Assembly (NCBI GenBank): GCA_965644315.1 | Contig: CBFFRQ010000116.1 | Coordinates: 1-36,032 of the forward strand | Reading direction: 5' to 3' | Origin: Caecitellus pseudoparvulus | Lineage: Eukaryota > Protista > Bigyra: Bicosoecida | DNA: 36,032 bases | Part shown: one piece after another, positions 28,719 to 36,032 of the stretch | How the letters are laid out: each line of letters opens with the position of its first letter | Numbering within the stretch: position 1 is the first letter of the stretch | Translations under genes and position numbers: made by a program | Notes under the pieces: model-generated | What the model was told of the DNA's origin: nothing | The model's database searches: none | What the model saw: the letters and a program-made list of their open reading frames with translations, nothing else

Positions 28719-31549
28719 TCACGCAGGCGTGCGGGGGACTCGGCTGCATAAGCAAACGCAGAGCAAGCTTGCAATGGACACCACGGCGCTGGCCGCTGCC
28801 GCCAGTGCACACAGAAGAACAAACTCATCAGAGCTAATGTGCAGCTCCGCCTTGGCTGCCTGCACCGCCGCTGCTAGCCAGCTTGGGGCTCGGCTGCCCT
28901 TCAGCACTCCAGATTGGTGCTGGGCTGCCGTCCCGGAGAGAGCAGCGAGCGTCAGGTTTGCCTGCAGAGCATCTAGTTGGGCCTGCAGCCTGGAGGAGTT
29001 GGTATGGCAGGCTGCCACTTTGGCCTCCAGCGCAGCTCGGGCAGCTGTCGCTTCTGCAGCTGAGGCAGTGCTCGTGTCCAGGCGGACTTTCAAGCCTTTG
29101 ATGACTTTGTCGTACGCCGCGCGAAAGTCCTCCAAGTACGCGTCCAATGCGTGCTGCTGCAGGGCGAGGTCGTGCACTTGACTGTGCAGCTGCTTGAACA
29201 GGCTTTGTGCAGGGCTGCCCTTGGTCGAGATGGGGGACAGGGAGGTGAGGACTGGGACGACTGCCTCAGCTGGCAGGACTGCACCCGAAGCCTCGGGAAC
29301 TGCCACCCCTCCCGGCTCAACAGCTGCAAGGAGGACAGCAGCAGATGAGTTCGAAGCATTGGGATCCGCTGCCGGCGGCTGCTGCGCTTCCAAGCCCGCC
29401 TTGCTGTCGGCCCGTGTCTCGCCCTCTTCACCCTGCGAAGGCTTCACGCCATCCTTGGCGGGGCTGCTTGCCGGCCGAGACTGCTCGGCCGAGTGTGGAT
29501 CTGGTGAATGGCTGCCATTCCCAGCACTGTCCAGTGGCTGCGGAGAGCTAGGCTCTGCAGATACGTCCAAGTTTGCACTGGGTGTGGGTACGACAGTGCC
29601 CCCTTCGTTGGTGGCATGCTGCCGCGATGGAGTGCTGGTCACTGCTGTGTTGCCTTCATTCGCAGGCACACCAGGCGCAGGCGAGGCGTGCTCCACAGAG
29701 GGCTCTTGCTCTGCATCAACCCTCCGAACTGAAGCAACGGGCGCCGGCGCTGCATCATCTGCTTCCGAAGTGACATTGGCAAAGACGCTGGGTGATGGCT
29801 GCATGCCAGCGAACCTTTCGTGGCTTACTGCGGCGTCAAGCTCGTGCCAACACACTGTGGCTGCGTACATCGAATACGTAGCAGCCGGGCATGTATGCTG
29901 GAGCGCAGCTGGGGCCTGCGTGGGGTGCTGCGCAGGTTCCTCTGCCGCGGCCAGACTGGAACTATCCCCTTCTGAGGCCAAACCCGCCCTTCTCACGACA
30001 CTCCAAGCAGCGCTCCTGTTCAGCATGGCAGCGGCAGCTTCGTCTCTCATCATTCTATCCAACCAGCTTGCTGTACGGTGAGGGGGCTTGGGCTGCTCAG
30101 GGACCGGCGCCCTTGCAGGGCCAAGCAGTGCACGGCACCATACCCAGTCTGTGTGCCTGCCGCCTTGGAGCAGCACAGATCTACAAGAGGCACTCACGTC
30201 GTATAACGCTGACTGCGGGAACGAGCAATTCCTGGCGCCTTGCACAAAGTGGGTGTCAGCCTGCACACTGACCTCCTGATGGGTGGGAGGATCTCCACGC
30301 CGTTCTCCGGGCGATGAAGTGCTGCATCCTGCTGCTTCCACCGTACCTCGCGCCGTGGAGGGCTGGGCCTGAAGACGCGCCTCCTCGGCATCGCCCCTTG
30401 TCGCGTTTGCAGTGGGTGCCTCCCTGGCCTCAGCCCTGCGTGTGCTGCTAGCGTCGTGGGTGGGCTCAGGGCCTGGCGCGTGCGAGGCCTGTGGATCCAC
30501 CACGCCCAAGTCACCGACGGGCGTCGACACAGAAGGTGACTCAGTCGCCATCTGTGCACTGGGTGATCCACCTGCGAGGGCCGAGCCAGACACCGCTTCG
30601 TGCAAGTCTTGCATGATGGTCTGGCCGTGCACTTTGATCTGGGACATGGTGCAGTAGTATTCGTTGCGGTAGTGGCTCTTCCAGACCAGCTTGATGTACC
30701 GTGCCCACACCTTGCGGGTTTGCATGGCGAAGACTTGCTCGCCGCCCTGGTCCAGCGCTGTGAAGTTGCCCAGCACCATCCACTCCTTCGTGGGGTAGGC
30801 CTGGCTGCCGAGGACGAGGAAATCCCGAACACCGCTGCTGTAGCGCTCGTGGTTGGTGAGGGTCAAGCTCTGCACGATGCAGTCTTCAGACAGACCAATG
30901 ACGACAAACTTCTGCTCGCCGCACGGGCTCATGCAGTACTTGTCCTCGTCATCCGTGAGCAGGTTCTTGGACCCCTTGGCCCCGGCGTTCTTGGCCAGGA
31001 TCACAGCCCCCGCAGCTTGCTCGGCGAAATTCACTGGACCACGTTCCTCTGCGTCCCCCTGCACCACCATGGGCGGGTCGTTGTCCACAACGGTGCCCAC
31101 CCCGTCTGGCAGAGAGCTGTCTCGAGTGCCAGCGACTTGCTGCTTGTGTGCCAGGCGCACACGCTCCTTGTACGCCCGAATGGATGGGATACCAGCTTGA
31201 TCCGGCTCTTCTGGCAAATCTTGAACGCCTGCGGCATCTCGAAGTGGGCCCGCTGTGCGCGACGCGGGCATGCGCTTGGCTCAGCCGATGGAAGCCTCAC
31301 TGTCTGAACCGCCACTGCCTGCGGAGTCTGGAGAGGCCGTCAGCACCTCGTCAAAGTCCCCCAAGTCGTCAGCATCCCATCCTGCAGAGAGACCTGTGTG
31401 AGGACGCGTCCACGGGCGACAAGTGAGCATCGCCTCGCCAGCCAGCCACGTGGTTGTTTTGTGGGATGGAATGAAACGCAAGCAGAGCAGGCAAACCCAC
31501 ACAGCACAGCAGCACAAGAGAGCCCGCAGAGCCACAGACGCCAACCCAT
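28719..31549 (-). CDS. Mid-SUN domain protein (SLP1/SUCO-like) with signal peptide, coiled coil and C-terminal TM helix
   Basis: SUN domain NFAEQAAGAVIL...NLLTDDEDKYCMSPC...NHERYSSGVRDF...WARYIK...SHYRNEYYCTMSQIKVHG. ATG 31549 plus intron 31394-31500 gives the signal peptide MGWRLWLCGLSCAAVLCLSAG. A candidate 48-nt intron 31253-31300 removes the in-frame TGA at 31281-31283. Confidence 0.85.
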
Positions 31550-32171
31550 CCAGTCACGTGTTTGACTTGCACATGTGCAGGACCAACCACCCCTGCTGCT
31601 CTCAGTGCCCCGCAGTCATGCACAAGGAGCAGCCCGAAACGCTGGGCAAACCCTGGCTCAGTGCCTGAAACGCCCAGCACTCCCAGTCCAAGCAGTGCGT
31701 AGCAGCTTGGTACAACTGCTACAAGGCGGGTGATGTGCACTTTTCTAGTCGCTTGGGGTTGTTTTCGTTTTTCTCCAGCCCTCTGCATGTCTGCGTGGTG
31801 CGGGCAGTGCAATGCAGAGAGAGCTAGCGGCAGTAGTCCTCGAAAATAATGCCATTGCAGGCACTCTCAGCAGCCAAGGCTCAACCTGCTGAAAACACCA
31901 CGACTCAGCGCGATCATGTCGGACGGTGGGCCGGCGCGCAGCACCTGACTCTCAGCCACCAACCCAACCCTGCCCACGCACCACCATCGCAGTTGCCGAC
32001 TTAGCCCAGCCATGCACAAACGCCACTCCCGCTCACATACCAAATGCAACACTCACCACACTCACACCTTTGGGCCTTCTCAACACACCCCAGTGTCGCG
32101 CCTTCTGCCCTGGCACTGTGCAGCCCTCGCGTTTCAGCTGCGGAAATTGAAATTGAAACGCAGCCACTGCA

Positions 32172-33756
32172 ATGGCCGCCGAGTCCGTGGGCGGGGAGCT
32201 CGCACGCCCCCTCCTTCAGCACAACGGCAAATCACCCATGACCGCCAAATCCACCGATCGACAAAAAGACCAGACGCCCCCACACGTACCCAGCAGCTGG
32301 CGCAAGCAGATTGGTGCCATCCTTGATGACTCGACAGTCAAGGAGCTGCCAGACCGTGTGTGCCGTGACCTTCTACACGCCCTCCCTGAGACAGTGTGTG
32401 TGCTGAACGCGCCACTTCATCCCTCAATGGTGGGCAGTGCGGCAGTCGCCCTCCCAGAGCAAGGCGCGGCGGCGGCTCTGCAAGCCAAGCTGTTGGGTAT
32501 TGCCGCAGACGCCACTGGGAGCCTCCTCGTCCCACACTGCCACCCTGCGGTGACGCTTGTGCAGTTTGCCGTGGCCTGTGGGCAAGTCCTTGTGCAGCTG
32601 GCGTATGAGATCAAGATCGTGACCAACCCCAACAGGTGTGGGCCTCCTTGGCTGCGCGCCCCCCTTGTGCGGAGGCAGGCGGCAGTGCTGGACCTGCTGA
32701 ACAAAGCCATGGTGCAGGCGGGCACACGCTTATCCGATGAGTGCCCGGATGCTGCGTGGACGGACCTGCCGCTGGAGGAGAACCACGCGGAGGTGATCCT
32801 GCGCTGGGTGACTGGCTTGAACATCGTCCGCGATGCGCCTTTGCCCCAGCCTGTGTGGAGGCGAGGGGCGCTGGAGTGCATTGCAGATGACGTCGTGCAG
32901 CGCTCTGAGAAGTGCGGTGTGTCGTGCTTGCGATACCTGGTGGATGCGGCGTGCGAGAAGCTGAAGCCTGCTCACCTGCGTGAAGTGCTCGCTTTGCGGT
33001 TTGCCGTGCAATTTCCACACGTACCATTGAACTGGGTCCTCCACCACCCGAGCGAGTACGAGCTCCGACCCTCGCGAGTGCTGCTCCACGTACTGTGGGA
33101 AGACATTGACGGCGACAGAGTGGCCAGGTCATCGCGCGTGGTCCGCATGTTGACATCTTTCCCGAGTGGCGCTGCTTCGGATCCTTGCAGCATTCTCAGT
33201 CATGCGCTGAGCCGACCTGGGGTGAGTGAGTGGCTGCGGAGAACACCTTTTTCCACCCAAACAGCCAACGTTGGAACGACGCTGCTGTACCTGGACCCAC
33301 CTGTGGAGGACGTAGAGGCAGGCTTGGACAAGGCAGCGGTCGAGGGCGGAGACGAAGAACTTGCGTCGGGCACATCGTGTGTACAGGAAGAGCATGCCCG
33401 CCTCATGGTCATCAGTTCTGATTGTGCGCTGCTCATGGTTGACGTGCACTGGGAAGCTGTCCGAAAGCGTGAGACACAGCCAAGCTATTGGACCCGCCCG
33501 TGGGGCGATGGAAGAGAGCAGCGTGGCCGGGGGTGCGAAATCCAATGATCGTGGCGATGGGCTCATGTGTGCATTTGCGCACGCCTGACAGGTTCGTCCG
33601 TTGTGGGCAGATCTCCTTGTCAGCGGGCAGGATGGCGTGAGCGAGTTTGGCGTGGCCTTCGACCTGGACAAGCTGAGAGCGGTGTAGCGCGCCGAGAGCA
33701 GAGTCCGGCACCAGCTGCTGGCAGCACGGTTGTAAGAGCTGAAGTAGCCAGCCTGA
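32172..33756 (+). CDS. Orphan protein, copy 1. ORF 32172-33548, with a probable second exon from 33592.
   Basis: A 458-codon ORF conserved in the second copy. A candidate phase-0 intron 33459-33591 (GCT|GTCCGA...CTGACAG|GTT) leads to VRPLWADLLVSGQDGVSEFGVAFDLDKLRAV. The true stop is TAG 33685, TAA 33733 or TGA 33754 depending on the code. No family recognised. Confidence 0.6.
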
Positions 33757-34181
33757 AACTGGCTCAATCTCTGGGCACTCTGACTGTCACCTTGCTCAGC
33801 GGTGCGGGTGTGGAAGCGGATGTGGCGCGTGCCAAGGCGCCTTGGTGGTGCACAGGACAGCCCACTACCGCCTTTCCACAGCATTTAAATGGCAGTAAAC
33901 TGCTAGAACTAGTACCTGGAGCGCGCTGGAGTGACCTTGCCTCTGTCCTTGCTCAGGCCCTTCCAGTTTCTTCCATTGCGTCACCATGCAAGTCAGCTTG
34001 CGAGTGCCAGGCATGATTGCCGTGCACAAACGCCACTCCCGCTCACATACCAAATGCAACACTCACCACACTCACACCTTTGGGCCTTCTCAACACACCC
34101 CAGTGTCGCGCCTTCTGCCCTGGCACTGTGCAGCCCTCGCGTTTCAGCTGCGGAAATTGAAATTGAAACGCAGCCACTGCA

Positions 34182-35769
34182 ATGGCCGCCGAGTCCGTGG
34201 GCGGGGAGCTCACTCGCCCCCTCCTTCAGCACAACGGCAAATCACCCATGACCAACAAAGCCATGGATCGACACGAAGACCAGACGCCCCCACACGTCCC
34301 CAGCAGCTGGCGCAAGCAGATTGGTGCCATCCTTGATGACTCGACAGTCAAGGAGCTGCCAGACCGTGTGTGCCGTGACCTTCTACACGCCCTCCCTGAG
34401 ACAGTGTGTGTGCTGAACGCGCCACTTCACCCCTCAAAGGTGGGCAGTGCGGCAGTCGCCCTCCCAGAGCAAGGCGCGGCGGCGGCTCTGCAAGCCAAGC
34501 TGTTGGGCATTGCCACAGACGCCACTGGGAGCCTCCTCGTCCCACACTGCCACCCTGCGGTGACGCTTGTGCAGTTTGCCGTGGCCTGTGGGCAAGTCCT
34601 TGTGCAGCTGGCATTTCAGATCAAGAGCCTGAATGGCCCCGGCGCACCGCCTCTCCCATGGCTGTACGAAGCCCCACGTCTGCGGAGGCAGGCGGCAGTG
34701 CTGGACCTGCTGAACAAAGCCATGGTGCAGGCGGGCACACGCTTATCCGATGAGTGCCCGGATGCTGCGTGGACGGACCTGCCGCTGGAGGAGAACCACG
34801 CGGAGGTGATCCTGCGCTGGGTGACTGCCTTGGACATCGTCCGCGATGCGCCTTTGCCCCAGCCTGTGTGGAGGCGAGGGGCGCTGGAGTGCATTGCAGA
34901 TGACGTCGTGCAGCGCTCTGAGGAGTCTGACATGTCCTGCTTTGACATCCTCATGAATGTGGCGGGTGGAAAACTGAAGCCTGCTCACCTGCGTGAAGTG
35001 CTTGCTCTGCGGTTCTTCGCAGGAGTCCCGTGTCTACCACTGAACTGGGTCCTCCACCACCCGAGCGAGTACGAGCTCCGACCCTCGCGAGTGCTGCTCC
35101 ACGTACTGTGGGAAGACATTGAAAGCGACAGGGTCGTCAGAGCATCCCGCGTAATCCGCATGCTGACAACTCTCCCAAGGGGCGCTGCTTCGGATCCTGG
35201 CAGCATTCTCAGTCATGCGCTGAGCCGACCTGGGGTGAGTGAGTGGCTGGAGTGGACACCCTTTCGCCTTCAAGATGCCAACGTTGGAACGACGCTGCTG
35301 TATCTGGACCCACCTGTGGAGGACGTAGAGGCAGGCTTGGACAAGGCAGCGGTCGAGGGCGAAGACGAAGAACTTGAGTCGGGCACATCGTGTGTACAGG
35401 AAGAGCATGCCCGCCTCATGGTCATCAGTTCTGATTGTGCGCTGCTCATGGTTGACGTGCACTGGGAAGCTGTCCGAAAGCGAGAGACGCAACACAGCTT
35501 TTGGACCGGCCCGTGGGGTGATGGGAAAGGGCAGCGTGGCCGGGGGTGTGAAATCCAATGATCTTGACGACGGGCTCATGTGTGCATTTGCGCACGCCTG
35601 ACAGGGTCGTCCGTTGTGGGCAGATCTCCTTGTCAGCGGGCAGGATGGCGTGAGCGAGTTTGGCGTGGCCTTCGACCTGGACAAGCTGAGAGCGGTGTAG
35701 CGCGCCGAGAACAGAGTCCGGCACCAGCTGCTGGCAGCACGGTTGTAAGAGCTGAAGTAGCCAGCCTGA
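34182..35769 (+). CDS. Orphan protein, copy 2. ORF 34182-35561, with a probable second exon from 35605.
   Basis: Paralogue of copy 1 with a frame-preserving 3-nt indel, the same candidate intron (35472-35604) and the same TAG/TAA/TAG/TGA series. Confidence 0.6.
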
Positions 35770-36032
35770 AACTGGCTCAGTCTCTGGGCACTCTGTCTAC
35801 CCCCGTTCTGAGCGGTGCGGGTGCGGAAGCGGATGCCGCGCGTGCCAAGGCGCCTTGGCTGTGCACAGGGCAGCCCACTGCCGCCTTTCCACAGCATTTA
35901 AATGGCACTAAACTGTTAGAACTAGTACCTGGAGCGCGCTGGAGTGACCTTGCCTCTGTCCTTGCTCAGGCCCTCCCAGTTTCTTCCATTGCGTCACCAT
36001 GCAAGTCAGCTTGCGAGTGCCAGGCATGATTG

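Larger units (their letters stand above)
32013..36032 (+). repeat. Head-to-tail tandem duplication of a ~2,010-bp unit (32013-34022 and 34023 to the window end)
   Basis: Near-identical sequence at offset 2010 (2013 after a 3-nt indel). The second unit runs off the end of the window. Confidence 0.95.

Noticed and set aside
31281-31283. In-frame TGA in the SUN gene as evidence for UGA reassignment or selenocysteine
   Set aside because: A frame-preserving 48-nt intron (31300-31253, GTGAGG...GCACAG) removes it, and TGA is clearly the normal terminator in this window.
6373-33756. Argument that all internal stops are one C-to-T change from Gln/Arg codons, hence RNA editing
   Set aside because: This is true of every stop codon, so it is uninformative. 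There is no sequence evidence for editing without transcripts.

Overview
GC-rich, gene-dense eukaryotic (protist-like) nuclear DNA with few, short GT-AG introns. No rRNA, tRNA or CRISPR array was recognised. Host genes from left to right: a 38-aa-unit ankyrin-repeat protein, a large Cys-rich multi-pass membrane protein, a Rab GTPase, a GT4 glycosyltransferase, SAC3/GANP (TREX-2) with an expanded FG/RGG Gly repeat and a duplicated RRM, a USP deubiquitinase, AP-2 alpha adaptin, a mid-SUN (SLP1/SUCO-like) protein, and a ~2.01 kb tandemly duplicated orphan gene. Two things stand out. (1) A complete 4,489-bp PIF/Harbinger-superfamily (DDE_Tnp_4) transposon at 9413-13901, with perfect 27-bp TIRs and a target duplication, sits inside the switch-I codons of the Rab gene. 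It carries an extended transposase and an unrecognisable convergent partner ORF, and its ends supply splice sites that could restore an in-frame Rab. (2) In-frame TAG codons occur inside otherwise intact genes, most clearly in a conserved helix of the glycosyltransferase, while the host gene ends I could establish are TGA. This suggests UAG is read as an amino acid (probably Gln); nonsense mutations or base-call errors remain alternatives. All calls come from motif reading by eye, with no database searches.
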